A program made the position numbers and the translations under genes. Shown one piece after another: positions 28,474 through 37,883 of a DNA stretch of 64,000 nucleotides. The stretch's first letter is position 1, and each line of letters opens with the position of its first letter. This stretch comes from Candidatus Omnitrophota bacterium (GTDB taxonomy: Bacteria; Omnitrophota; Gorgyraeia; Gygaellales; Profunditerraquicolaceae): positions 171,931 to 235,930 of the forward strand of contig JBAZKL010000001.1 in assembly GCA_041650835.1 (NCBI GenBank), given 5' to 3'. The notes under the pieces were generated by a model. That model saw only the letters and a list, made by a program, of their open reading frames with translations, was not told the origin of the DNA and ran no database searches.

Positions 28474-29821
28474 TACGGGCCTCCCTTATGAAACTTTGCC
28501 CCATGGTCCGGTCCAAATAAATCTCCGCCATGAGATAATCGTAAATGCCTTCCGACAAGTTTTTCTCAACCTGGCTTAATGAAACCTGCGCGTCCATAAC
28601 ATCCAGGTTAGTCCCCTCGCCGTTATCATATCTGACTCCGGCGATCTTCAAAGCTTCCCTGGCTTCCTCTATGCCGTCTTTTTGCGAATCAATAACAGAC
28701 CGCGCTTTTTGCAGCTCAAGACAGGCCTTCCTGATATCCACCGCGACCTTATCCCCCAGATCCTCTTTTTGTAATTTTGCCTGCGCGTAACGCGCCTTAG
28801 CCTCGTCGACTTTTGCCTTCGTTGAAAACCCGTCGAAAATAGGGATACGCACGCTGACCCCCGCCTGCCAATTACTATGCCGGCTGTTAATCATGTCCCC
28901 GGTATCGTTGGACCTGTACTGGGACCCAAGTTGAAGATTTATCTGCGGCTTACTGCCTGCCTTAGCCATTTCTATCGACCATTTATTTATATCGACGCCC
29001 AGAGCCATGAGCGTCATTTCAGGTTGCTCCAGGTATGCGAGCTTCAAGAATTCGCTTTCTTTAATTTCTATCGGGCTATATATAAACCGGTCTTTTAACC
29101 TGATCGGATCCTGCATTTTAAGGCCGAGGAATCTTTTTAATTCCGCCTCGATCAGATCTACGGCATTCTTTGCCTTGATGAGCTCCGGACCCAGCCTTGA
29201 AACCTGCACGCTGGACTGTAAACGGTCAAAACGGGAAGCGCTGCCCTGCTCATATTTATTCTTCACATTTTCAAAATGAGACCTGGCCTGATCAAGAAGA
29301 TTTTGCGCGATCCTGAGGGTTTCATGAGCCAAAAGCAGCCCGTAATAAAGCCTTTTTACTTCAAATTCAGCATCAAGTTTACGCGCGCGCAGGGTTTCCT
29401 TCTGAATTCTCAATTTAACCTGTTTTTGCTGAAGATTAACGGTATTGGCTCCTCCGTTGTATATAGCCTGCTCCAATTCCAGCCCCACTTTATTATCATT
29501 ACGGTACCCTGAATGAATACCCGGGTCTTTTTTTGTGTTTTGCGTTTGAGGCAGGCTCAAAACGCTGTCAACATGTTCATAGCCGGCATTCGCGCTTAAT
29601 TTTGGCAGGAATTCGCTTCGCGCCCCCAGGAGAGCTGCTTGCGCCGCGCTGATTTCCTGCTCTTCCATCTGAATATCCAAATTATTCTTAAAAGCGGCCC
29701 TTATTGCCTCCTCCAGGGAAAGGTTATACACGGTTGACATTTCTTCCCCCGCGGCAAAACAACAGGAAATACCGCAAATGCAAACTAAAAAGATAACGAA
29801 TAAACTATTGGTTTTTTTCAT
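28457..29821 (-). CDS. TolC-family outer membrane efflux protein
   Basis: Signal peptide, two repeats of long alpha-helical/coiled-coil segments, ~450 aa. Confidence 0.75.
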   Translation of the reverse strand: MKKTNSLFVIFLVCICGISCCFAAGEEMSTVYNLSLEEAIRAAFKNNLDIQMEEQEISAAQAALLGARSEFLPKLSANAGYEHVDSVLSLPQTQNTKKDPGIHSGYRNDNKVGLELEQAIYNGGANTVNLQQKQVKLRIQKETLRARKLDAEFEVKRLYYGLLLAHETLRIAQNLLDQARSHFENVKNKYEQGSASRFDRLQSSVQVSRLGPELIKAKNAVDLIEAELKRFLGLKMQDPIRLKDRFIYSPIEIKESEFLKLAYLEQPEMTLMALGVDINKWSIEMAKAGSKPQINLQLGSQYRSNDTGDMINSRHSNWQAGVSVRIPIFDGFSTKAKVDEAKARYAQAKLQKEDLGDKVAVDIRKACLELQKARSVIDSQKDGIEEAREALKIAGVRYDNGEGTNLDVMDAQVSLSQVEKNLSEGIYDYLMAEIYLDRTMGQSFIREARNEKTN

Positions 29822-29825
29822 GGCG

Positions 29826-30419
29826 TTAAGATCTTGTCCTCATGATCGATTTAAAAATAATTTCTTTCACTGTATCCCTTATTTCATCCGCCGTGTTATC
29901 TTTCACTCCGAAATGCAGTTTGATGATATTGAATTGCATCATCCCCAGAAGGCTCGAAGCTATAATATTCGAACTTACCGATTGGAACTCTGCCGAATGG
30001 ATGCCTTGAATGACAATATGCTCAATGATCCGCTGGTAAGGCAAAATGATAGTTTTAAGCACGTAAGGAAAAGGGACTATCGCGTCCCCTGACTTACCGA
30101 ACAGGATCTGAAAAATATGGACCTTACCCGTGAAATACCGGAAATGGAAATCTATCAGCCTTTCAAGCTTATCCCCGGCAGACTTCGCTTCATTGATCTC
30201 ACTCTTTAACCGGCCCAGGAACTCTTCGGCGTTTTCCTTAATAACCGCCAGAAAAAGTTCATGCTTACCGGAAAAATAATGATAGATGATCCCCTCGGAA
30301 CAATCCGCTTCCCGGGCAATTTCCCTGGTCGTCGCTTGAGTAAACCCCGATCGCGCCGCGATGGTGATCGCGGCTTCGATGATCCTCTTGCGCGTATCGA
30401 TCATTACAGCTTCCTGCAT
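29826..30419 (-). CDS. TetR/AcrR-family transcriptional regulator
   Basis: TRKRIIEAAITIAARSGFTQATTREIAREADCSEGIIYHYF HTH. Start set to ATG 30417..30419, preceded by AGGGGG. The track ORF begins at a GTG inside the operator palindrome. Confidence 0.8.
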   Translation of the reverse strand: MQEAVMIDTRKRIIEAAITIAARSGFTQATTREIAREADCSEGIIYHYFSGKHELFLAVIKENAEEFLGRLKSEINEAKSAGDKLERLIDFHFRYFTGKVHIFQILFGKSGDAIVPFPYVLKTIILPYQRIIEHIVIQGIHSAEFQSVSSNIIASSLLGMMQFNIIKLHFGVKDNTADEIRDTVKEIIFKSIMRTRS

Positions 30420-30430
30420 AGCACCCCCTA

Positions 30431-30450
30431 TTGAGTGAGCACTCACTCAA
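30431..30450. promoter_or_regulatory. Perfect 9-2-9 inverted repeat TTGAGTGAG-CA-CTCACTCAA; candidate TetR operator
   Basis: Read directly from the sequence. Lies ~12 nt upstream of the tetR ATG (30419) at the head of the efflux operon. Confidence 0.45.
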
Positions 30451-30519
30451 TATGAGTTTAACATAAAAACCCGCGGACCGTCAATCTTTTTTCCGGATAA
30501 TTTCCGCGGGCTTAAACTA

Positions 30520-31572
30520 TTACTGTTTTAAGTTACGGTCTTCATTAATGGCGCGGATCAACTCAAAAAGCCGCCCGTAATCGCGCAGGTTAAACTTCAT
30601 CACCAGTCGGGGAAGATCAGGGTACTCTGACTTTTCAAGCTCTTCTTTCAAAGCAGAAGCTGCTGTGATCTCACCCTCGCTCAAGATATCCTTGAATTCG
30701 AGGTTGATCGCCCTTAAGGCCTCCCCGGAAAGCGGCCTGTTCAATCGTAACACCGTAAGGCCGGACACATAACGCAAAGAATGATATACTCTATAAAAGT
30801 TCTCTATATACTTAACCGCCTCATCGGCGCTACGGGCTACCTTGAAAAGATTAAGGTCATGTTTATTAATATAACCGTTCTTGATTAATTGCTCTTTTAC
30901 AAAACTGATCCAGCTTGCCCAATAGGTAGAGCCCTCAGGCTCCATGAGAACCACCGGGCGGGGGCGTGATTTACCGGTTTGGATCAGAGTGAGCGCTTCA
31001 AAGCCTTCATCATTGGTGCCGAAGCCTCCGGGAAAAAGCGTTGTGGCATCGGTTTCTTTGATAAAGATAAGCTTGCGGGTGAAGAAATATTTATAGTTGA
31101 TCAACCGTTCTTTTTCGTCAAGATAAGGATTCGGCTTTTGCTCAAAAGGAAGGCGGATATTCAAGGCGAAATCCTTTCCCGCGCCGGCCCCTTTATTACC
31201 CGCCTCCATGACCCCGGGCCCGCCGCCGGTTACCACCATATAGCCTTTTTTAGTGATCTTTCCCGCGAACTCTTCTGACATTTTATATTCTGCCGAATCC
31301 TTCCCCGACCTCGCAGAACCGAAGATGATCGCTTTTTTAACGTTTCTATAGGGAGCGAATATCTTGAAGGAATAACGTAATTCTTTCAGGCAATTATTTA
31401 TCAGCTTGAGGTCGCCGATATCATGAGACTCCATTCCCAGCTTAACACAGGTGGTAAGTATCTCCCGCATCAGAGATTCCGTGCCTGCGCAAGAACAAAG
31501 CTTAATAAGTTTACCGATTGCATCATCGGCGTCCTTATCGAAAACCTTATATTCCTTTGACATTTTTATCAT
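30520..31572 (-). CDS. LOG-family protein (PpnN/YgdH-like nucleotide 5'-monophosphate nucleosidase)
   Basis: IFGSARSGK...MVVTGGGPGVMEAGNKGA and FPGGFGTNDEGFEALTLIQTGK LOG motifs, plus long C-terminal extension as in PpnN. Confidence 0.75.
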   Translation of the reverse strand: MIKMSKEYKVFDKDADDAIGKLIKLCSCAGTESLMREILTTCVKLGMESHDIGDLKLINNCLKELRYSFKIFAPYRNVKKAIIFGSARSGKDSAEYKMSEEFAGKITKKGYMVVTGGGPGVMEAGNKGAGAGKDFALNIRLPFEQKPNPYLDEKERLINYKYFFTRKLIFIKETDATTLFPGGFGTNDEGFEALTLIQTGKSRPRPVVLMEPEGSTYWASWISFVKEQLIKNGYINKHDLNLFKVARSADEAVKYIENFYRVYHSLRYVSGLTVLRLNRPLSGEALRAINLEFKDILSEGEITAASALKEELEKSEYPDLPRLVMKFNLRDYGRLFELIRAINEDRNLKQ

Positions 31573-31598
31573 AGTATCCTCTAATATTTTAACTCCAT

Positions 31599-32126
31599 CT
31601 AAATCTTTTTCTTTTCAAACAAACTAAAGCACGCTATAAAGATCATGCTCAACACGATAATAACAATCCAATGATTCACGCCTAACCCGTCTGCCAGGGA
31701 TATTTTTCCCCAGTCCTTCCAGGTAAGCACTGTCTGCTTAAAGAAAGGGAATAACTCCGCGAATACGCCGGCTCCCGCGATCATCCCCATAATTGCCCAT
31801 ATCGCATGCCAACGTCCTTCCGCGACCGCGCCGACAGAAGTGCCGGGACAGAATCCCATGACCGACCAACCTAACCCAAAAAGCATCCCCCCGATTACCG
31901 TTGCCCCTAAATTCATTGTTTTATGCTTAAGCTCAATAACCCCAAGATCATTAAGCAAATAAATCCCCGCCATTCCGACAATGATCGCCGAAAGCATGAA
32001 CTTAAGGATTGTCATATCTTTAAGCAGCAACGCGCCGATTTGCTTTTCGAAGCGCAGCACACGTCCTTTTTGCAATAAGAAACCAAAGATTACGCCTGTT
32101 ATAAGACCAACCATCTGCTCGTTCAT
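31599..32126 (-). CDS. YeeE/YedE-family membrane protein (sulfur-compound transporter half)
   Basis: About 4 TM helices with GxxxGxxMGFCPG-like motif (MGFCPGTSVG), adjacent to its partner half. Confidence 0.6.
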   Translation of the reverse strand: MNEQMVGLITGVIFGFLLQKGRVLRFEKQIGALLLKDMTILKFMLSAIIVGMAGIYLLNDLGVIELKHKTMNLGATVIGGMLFGLGWSVMGFCPGTSVGAVAEGRWHAIWAIMGMIAGAGVFAELFPFFKQTVLTWKDWGKISLADGLGVNHWIVIIVLSMIFIACFSLFEKKKI

Positions 32127-32665
32127 GACCGGCCTCCTTTATATATAAATCGGCTCGCGACAATGCCTGTTAGAAAGAAGAAGATCACCGCCACCAATCC
32201 GCTCACTGATAACTGCATCATTCCGCTTAAACCATGGCCGCTCGGGCACCCATCCGCTAAACGAGCACCGATCATCGCGATAATACCCCCTACAAAAGCG
32301 CCTATAGCTCTTTTACTTACTGAAGGGCCAAAACGTTTTAGCCATATTGGCGGGACTGCCTCGGACTTAAAGCTTCGGTCGGCAACTGAAGAGATCAAAG
32401 CTCCCAGAAAGATCCCGGCCACCAGCATGAATTGCCAATCGATCTTAACCTTCTCTTTAGCGAAATATTCATTTTGAGCGACATGTTCCGGGGAAAAAAC
32501 CCTCTCAATCAATCCTGCCACCCTCACAAATGTAGTTGAAGCGCCCAGGTAATTCGGCTTGTTAATTAATTTGGTAGTCACCAACACCGAAGCCACCGCC
32601 AACAGGCCGACAAGCGCGCCTGCCAAGTACGGGTTCCAACCGCCATCCCCTGTTTTTATTTTCAT
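32123..32665 (-). CDS. YeeE/YedE-family membrane protein (partner half)
   Basis: TM protein with ADGCPSGHGLSGM motif, 4-nt overlap with the second half. Confidence 0.6.
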   Translation of the reverse strand: MKIKTGDGGWNPYLAGALVGLLAVASVLVTTKLINKPNYLGASTTFVRVAGLIERVFSPEHVAQNEYFAKEKVKIDWQFMLVAGIFLGALISSVADRSFKSEAVPPIWLKRFGPSVSKRAIGAFVGGIIAMIGARLADGCPSGHGLSGMMQLSVSGLVAVIFFFLTGIVASRFIYKGGRS

Positions 32666-32758
32666 GCTCCCCTCCTTTTTACCAGGCTTTCTTTTTTTAA
32701 ACCCTGAAATTATAAGACATTACGCTTAATTATAAACTGACTTGGAAAGAAATGACTG

Positions 32759-33961
32759 TCACCGCTTTTCACCCTCACCGAGCCCGGGAGGAGATTTCCT
32801 CCAAGGATATCCTTCTGAAGCTTCCTTAAAGCCCAGATCAAAGAGTGCCTGCATTTCAACGGGATCAAAAAATTCCTTTGCATTCGATACATGGGTTGCG
32901 GGGATATAAGCAAGATTAAAATCCCCCCTGCCGCCGTCTTTAGCAAATACATAGAGCTGGTAAAGATCCCCGATACTTTGAGCATTGATCATGGTATCGA
33001 CCGCGCGCTCGGCGATCGCGGAAAGCTTATCGCGGACTTCTTTATAAAACGGGTCAACATATCCGTTTCTTATCACATAGATCGTATATTTAGTCCGGGA
33101 GGCATCGCGCCCCTTCTCCTGGAAAGCCTTGTCAAACCCCTGTAAAACATCATAAAGAAAAAACACCTGCCTGGTTACTCCTCCGTCAACGTGCATCTCA
33201 TCATAGGTCTTATCATCAACTTCTACTTTTAAATAAACAGGAGGAAAAGCGATCGGCATTGAGGCGGATGCCAATATGATCTTACGGAACAATTTCAAGG
33301 CTAAATCATCTCCTAAAGAGGCGATCTTTCCCATATCCCAGACCACAAGCCGCTGCGCGTCCAGGTTAGTAGTTCCCACATAAAGCCGCCGGCCTTTGTT
33401 ATATTCTACAGCTATCTTTTTCAGCAATTCAGCGTCAAAATACCGCCCGATCAAACGCTCCAGCGGGCGCATATTCGCGAAGGAATTAGTAAAGGGGATA
33501 TGTATGCGCGCGATATGCTTCGTTGAATATTTAGTATAGAATTCCTTCAAAGTAGCATCGTATTTGCTTCCCAGGAAAGCGATCGGCGCGATGATCGCTC
33601 CCGTACTTATGCCGGTAACCACCTTAAATACCGGGCGCCTCCCGGACTGCGACCAGCCGTTAAGTAATCCGGCCCCATACGCTCCGTTAGCCGCGCCCCC
33701 GGAAACAGCAAGTACGTTATAAGTCCGGTCGTCATTAAAACTAACGCCGGAAGGGCTAACTTTCTCTTCCTGCGCGAATAACTTAATCAGGTCTTTTTTA
33801 AAATAATCGCTCGGGCTCCCGCTGAACGCCCTGATATCCCGCATACCGAAAACTCGCGCGTCGCTTAACAGCTCCGGAGGGACAGCATGCCTGAGACTAG
33901 CGCAACCGGAAAGAATAAACACAAAAACACTGAATGAGCAGATCCGCTTTACTATTTCCAC
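32759..33961 (-). CDS. Patatin-like phospholipase, lipoprotein
   Basis: Lipobox ILSGC. Oxyanion GGAANGAYGAG, GISTG (GxSxG) nucleophile elbow, DGG in the C-terminal half. Confidence 0.8.
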   Translation of the reverse strand: MEIVKRICSFSVFVFILSGCASLRHAVPPELLSDARVFGMRDIRAFSGSPSDYFKKDLIKLFAQEEKVSPSGVSFNDDRTYNVLAVSGGAANGAYGAGLLNGWSQSGRRPVFKVVTGISTGAIIAPIAFLGSKYDATLKEFYTKYSTKHIARIHIPFTNSFANMRPLERLIGRYFDAELLKKIAVEYNKGRRLYVGTTNLDAQRLVVWDMGKIASLGDDLALKLFRKIILASASMPIAFPPVYLKVEVDDKTYDEMHVDGGVTRQVFFLYDVLQGFDKAFQEKGRDASRTKYTIYVIRNGYVDPFYKEVRDKLSAIAERAVDTMINAQSIGDLYQLYVFAKDGGRGDFNLAYIPATHVSNAKEFFDPVEMQALFDLGFKEASEGYPWRKSPPGLGEGEKR

Positions 33962-34061
33962 TTGGAATTAACTCCTGAGGTTTTAGTTTTACCGCGACTG
34001 AACAAGATATACGTATAATTATATCATGACAAGAACAGCATGGCGCACATCAGCTTCAATT

Positions 34062-35150
34062 TCAACTCTTATGCCCTGAGGTGATGGCCTTAATTTGCTC
34101 TGTTCTTCGCGCTTTTTCTTTTGCGTCAAAAACATCTTTCATACCGTAGGCCTTTGTTCCTTTATGCCGGTTAAAGATATTAATAGTGAATTTATCGAAA
34201 TAGTGCAATATAGATATGGTTTTCTGAAAATCATCAGCTGTTTCTGTCGGAAAACAGTAAATTATGTCCGTTTCAATAAGTATCCCCGGGGAAAGCCTCC
34301 TTAATTCCTTTACCATCTTTTTGATATCTTCAACAGTGTATTTCCTGTTCATATCTTTGAGCACTTTGTTGCTGCCTGACTGGATAGCCAAGAATAAATA
34401 AATAATTTTTTTTGTTTTAAAGTACTTCCTCAACTCATCAAAATACTTAAGGAAATTGCCGGGCTCAAAACCGAAAACACTCAGGGTAAATTCTTTTTTT
34501 TCTTTGAATAGAGCGGCAAACAAATCAACGACGCTCATACCTATATCTTTACCATACAACGACACATCGGTCCCCAATATTGAGAAATTGCGGAACCCTT
34601 TCTTTATCCCGTTTCGGAACTCTTTTTTGACTATCGAGAAATCCCGGCTTTTCACGGCAGGAAAGATCTTATTTTTTATACAATACGAGCATTTATTATT
34701 ACACCCTAATGAAACCAGGATATTATATATTTTTTCCTTATTTGTTCCTTTTTCCGATCCAGGGCCAAAAACATTCGCGGAAATCTGTTCAAGGGGGACC
34801 TTGGGTTTAAAAAGATCGTCAAACAAACCCGCATTAAGCGGGCTATAGTAACTCGTAGTTTTGCTTAAAACAGACAGATTTTTCTCCAGGAAACATCCGG
34901 TTATGATGATCTTTTTATCCGGGTATTGCTTTTCATAAGACTTTATCACTTCCAAAGCTAAAACGATCTTTCTTTCGAAATTGCTGCATACAACAACAAT
35001 AATTATATCTGCCTCCGGAAGAGGCGTCATCTTTACCTGATTCCGCTTAAAATATCCAACTAATTGCGCAGCGAATAGATCAGTAAAAATACAGGTATTC
35101 TCTTTAATATGTATAAATACCTTCAATGGGTGTTTTTTTTCTGTTTTCAT
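34062..35150 (-). CDS. Radical SAM protein with B12-binding/MTTase-like N-terminal domain (no TRAM domain)
   Basis: CNNKCSYC; N-domain has three spaced Cys (NTCIF, VVVCSNFERK, IITGCFLE) as in MiaB/RimO-type N-domains. The gene is strongly AT-rich (~30% GC in sampled 60-mers versus ~50% in flanking genes). Confidence 0.55.
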   Translation of the reverse strand: MKTEKKHPLKVFIHIKENTCIFTDLFAAQLVGYFKRNQVKMTPLPEADIIIVVVCSNFERKIVLALEVIKSYEKQYPDKKIIITGCFLEKNLSVLSKTTSYYSPLNAGLFDDLFKPKVPLEQISANVFGPGSEKGTNKEKIYNILVSLGCNNKCSYCIKNKIFPAVKSRDFSIVKKEFRNGIKKGFRNFSILGTDVSLYGKDIGMSVVDLFAALFKEKKEFTLSVFGFEPGNFLKYFDELRKYFKTKKIIYLFLAIQSGSNKVLKDMNRKYTVEDIKKMVKELRRLSPGILIETDIIYCFPTETADDFQKTISILHYFDKFTINIFNRHKGTKAYGMKDVFDAKEKARRTEQIKAITSGHKS

Positions 35151-35242
35151 TTTATTCTATTTCCATGGAACACGCCAGCCGGTCGCGCGGGAATTTACTT
35201 AAATGCCTGTCCCCAAAAGTGACTGTCACCGTTCTTCCGTTC

Positions 35243-35869
35243 TTATTTTATCTCCAGAGACTTCACAAAAGCGGCATGAACATGCGACATACAGAAAGAA
35301 AGCGGCTCTTTTTTACCGTTACGCGTTATCGCGGCGTGCTTATAAAGGACTCCGGAAAACGAGACCGTATCCCCTGCTTTTATTTTCATTACGGTTGCTT
35401 TAACGCCGTCTACGGTCGGCAATATGCCAATACCAAACTTGGTGACGTTCAAATATTGGAAATCCCTGCTTGTCTGATTGACCCTCGCCCAGGCTTTTTT
35501 ATCCCGCGCGTTGAACTCAGGTACGCCCGCGCTTAATTCCCTGATCGCGCGTAACGCTCTTTTATCGTTCGCGGGAACGATATTAATAGTCCTCACAAAC
35601 GCATCTTCAGGAGCTGGTTTGTGCTCCGAAGTAAAGCTCAAAGAATCGGTATCAACGACCACGTACCGTTTCTTGTTCAGGACCGCTTTCCTCTTAAGGG
35701 TATAGGTATAAGCGCCGCGGCTGACTTTTAAGGTCCTTTTATACGCCTTGAGCGTAAATATCGACGGTATATCATCAAGTTTGATGATCTCACCCGATGG
35801 GCTCTGACAGCCGGAAACCCCCAGAGAAAAAACAATTATTGCTGCTATAATCGTTATCTGCCGCGCCAT
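35243..35869 (-). CDS. Hypothetical lipoprotein
   Basis: Signal peptide plus lipobox VSGC; no recognisable domains. Confidence 0.5.
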   Translation of the reverse strand: MARQITIIAAIIVFSLGVSGCQSPSGEIIKLDDIPSIFTLKAYKRTLKVSRGAYTYTLKRKAVLNKKRYVVVDTDSLSFTSEHKPAPEDAFVRTINIVPANDKRALRAIRELSAGVPEFNARDKKAWARVNQTSRDFQYLNVTKFGIGILPTVDGVKATVMKIKAGDTVSFSGVLYKHAAITRNGKKEPLSFCMSHVHAAFVKSLEIK

Positions 35870-35966
35870 AACTCTCCGATAAAGAACACATCTAATTAAT
35901 TAACATGATAGTATATATAATTATATCACGGTAAGAAAAGTATGGAACAACTCTTTACGAAGGTTG

Positions 35967-36010
35967 GATTCCCGCTTATAGCTAATGAAGAGAACGGGAA
36001 TGACAAAAAA
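35967..36010. repeat. Repeat R1 copy a (upstream of lipoprotein gene 35243..35869)
   Basis: GGATTCCCGCTTATAGCTAATGAAGAGAACGGGAATGACAAAA, ~88% identical to 36829..36872. Followed by a second shared block AAGTCAAAAGG after a ~70-nt insertion. Confidence 0.6.
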
Positions 36011-36186
36011 AAGAATGGTAATGAAGAATAGCAGGAACGATACCCTTTCATGCCATCCCCGCGAAAACGGGGGTGACATGAAAAGTCAAAAGGAAAAATT
36101 TAACCCCAATAACACGAGAGGTCACTTATACGCTTTCTTTAAGCCTGCGATTGGGGTGATTTTCTGCATATCTATCCCTTCTTTCA

Positions 36187-36717
36187 TTATGAGCCGCCTG
36201 AATTTTTCATCTTGGAGAAGAAATTTTTGGCTTCCTCATCTATCTGCTGAGCGGTGAGATCCCGCGTATGAGTAGCGACCGACCAGGTATGTCCAAAGGG
36301 GTCCCGTAACTGCCCGACCCTATCCCCCCAAAACATCTCCTGCACCGGCATGATCTGGGTAGCGCCGGCCTTGAGCGCCCGGCTGAAAACTTCATCGGCA
36401 TTTTCTACATAGAGGTAAAAACTGGCGGTGTTCCCTTTCAATATAGACGGAGAAACGGAACAATTTTGCTCATGACCGGGATGAGGGTCACAATCATCGG
36501 CCAACATAAAGATAGAATCCCCGATCTTCAGTTCCGCGTGCATAAGCTTACCTCCCGGCTTATCCATGCGGCTTAATTCCTGGGCGGCAAAAGCGCTCTT
36601 GTAGAATCTTATCGCCTGCGCGCCGCCGCTGACCACCAGATGAGGTGTAAGTGTATGATACCCTTCAGGTATTGGTTTTAAATCTTGAGCCATATTTTCC
36701 TCCTTTGTTAAGACCAA
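36187..36717 (-). CDS. VOC-family protein (glyoxalase/bleomycin resistance/PhnB-like)
   Basis: Two betaalphabetabetabeta modules; HAELKIGDSIFMLAD and later H/E metal ligands typical of PhnB-like VOC proteins. Confidence 0.7.
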   Translation of the reverse strand: MVLTKEENMAQDLKPIPEGYHTLTPHLVVSGGAQAIRFYKSAFAAQELSRMDKPGGKLMHAELKIGDSIFMLADDCDPHPGHEQNCSVSPSILKGNTASFYLYVENADEVFSRALKAGATQIMPVQEMFWGDRVGQLRDPFGHTWSVATHTRDLTAQQIDEEAKNFFSKMKNSGGS

Positions 36718-36828
36718 TAGGTCCCTTGCCCTCTTTACTTATTTATATCACTATTAAGAACATTAACAATTGGCTATTTCCACGGATTATTGACTTTTTT
36801 CCACTCCAACGGGATTACGTCAAGGATT

Positions 36829-36872
36829 TGATCCCCGCTTATAGATCATTAAGAGACCGGGAATGACAAAAC
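36829..36872. repeat. Repeat R1 copy b (upstream of VOC gene 36187..36717)
   Basis: TGATCCCCGCTTATAGATCATTAAGAGACCGGGAATGACAAAA. Confidence 0.6.
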
Positions 36873-36914
36873 AAGTCAAAAGCCAAAAGGAAAAAGACCG
36901 CCTGCTTTGACTTG

Positions 36915-36949
36915 AAAAAAAACCTCTCTACCGCTTGACGATAGAGAGG
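36915..36949 (-). terminator. Intrinsic terminator (8-bp perfect stem CCTCTCTA/TAGAGAGG, 11-nt loop, T8 tract) after gene 36997..37800
   Basis: Minus strand reads CCTCTCTATCGTCAAGCGGTAGAGAGG TTTTTTTT. Confidence 0.6.
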
Positions 36950-36996
36950 TTATTAAAATAATTTAAATGTCCCTTAATTTTTGCGCGGGCCGCTAT

Positions 36997-37800
36997 TTAT
37001 TTTATTCCTAAGATCTGGATTTCTCCGCCTTCAGTTTTAGAAAAATCAATTTCTTTGACCAGTGGAGCGCCTCCGCCAAAATCAAAGCTCAAAAAGAGGG
37101 TATATTTACCCTGGGGCATTTTGGGAGGGATCTCCGTCTTAAAAACAGCCTTTTCTCCTGAAGGAAGATAAACCCCCTGCAGCGTTCCTCTACTTAAAAC
37201 AACGCCTTTTTCATCAATTACATGGAAAGTCGGATTAGAAACCAGCAAAACATTACCGATGTTGGTAATATTTCCTTGAATAGCGCCCTTAACAAAAGAC
37301 GCGCCATCTATTGTCGCTTTCTTTATTTTATCGCCTGTCTCTAAAAATAATGTATAGCCCCAACTTATGGCTAAACTCACACTGGCTTTATCATCGACCT
37401 GACCTGAGGCGGTTTTCTCGAAATAAATCGTCCCGTAATAACTCCCCTTTACTGCCTCCGGCACATTTATAATGTAGTCCACTGCCAGCTTGCCAAACGC
37501 GGGGATATTGAACGACTCAGGCGAAACCTTGATCCACGTGTTGATAGAATAAGGAGTCGACCCTGCGGGTAGAATTTCTTTTTTTCCGTCAAATGGCCGG
37601 ACAAACTTGATATCTTTCAAATATGTCTTCAAAAAGAGGATTTTGTCGGAAGTGTTTCTAAGAGTAATTGTCCCTTTAACAGCCTGCCCAGGCGCAATAT
37701 CCACTCTCTCACTGTATTTATCCAAAGCTAACTGCGCGAACGCAGGACAATTCCAACTTGCCGATAAGACTAATGCTAAAGAAATGATATATTTCTTCAT
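36997..37800 (-). CDS. Secreted hypothetical protein, two Ig-like repeats (possible periplasmic pilus-chaperone-like fold)
   Basis: Signal peptide MKKYIISLALVLSASWNCPAFA. Two internally similar beta-rich halves (…GTITLRNTS… / …GNITNIGNV…). Confidence 0.4.
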   Translation of the reverse strand: MKKYIISLALVLSASWNCPAFAQLALDKYSERVDIAPGQAVKGTITLRNTSDKILFLKTYLKDIKFVRPFDGKKEILPAGSTPYSINTWIKVSPESFNIPAFGKLAVDYIINVPEAVKGSYYGTIYFEKTASGQVDDKASVSLAISWGYTLFLETGDKIKKATIDGASFVKGAIQGNITNIGNVLLVSNPTFHVIDEKGVVLSRGTLQGVYLPSGEKAVFKTEIPPKMPQGKYTLFLSFDFGGGAPLVKEIDFSKTEGGEIQILGIK

Positions 37801-37883
37801 TAAGATTTTCTCCTGTTTTCCCGTTAATTTGCCTCAAATAATAAAGGAGGCAGGATCTTTTCTGCCTCCCTTATCAAAATATT

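Noticed and set aside
30468-30513. Inverted repeat CCCGCGG…CCGCGGG after the LOG-family gene as an intrinsic terminator
   Set aside because: 7-bp stem but a 32-nt loop. The T-tract (TTTTTAT) is short. Possible but not convincing.
35985-36257. 90-aa plus-strand ORF in the lipoprotein/VOC intergenic region
   Set aside because: It starts inside the conserved R1 upstream element and runs antisense into the 3' end of the VOC gene. Composition is low-complexity (K/R/N-rich). More likely non-coding promoter/UTR sequence.
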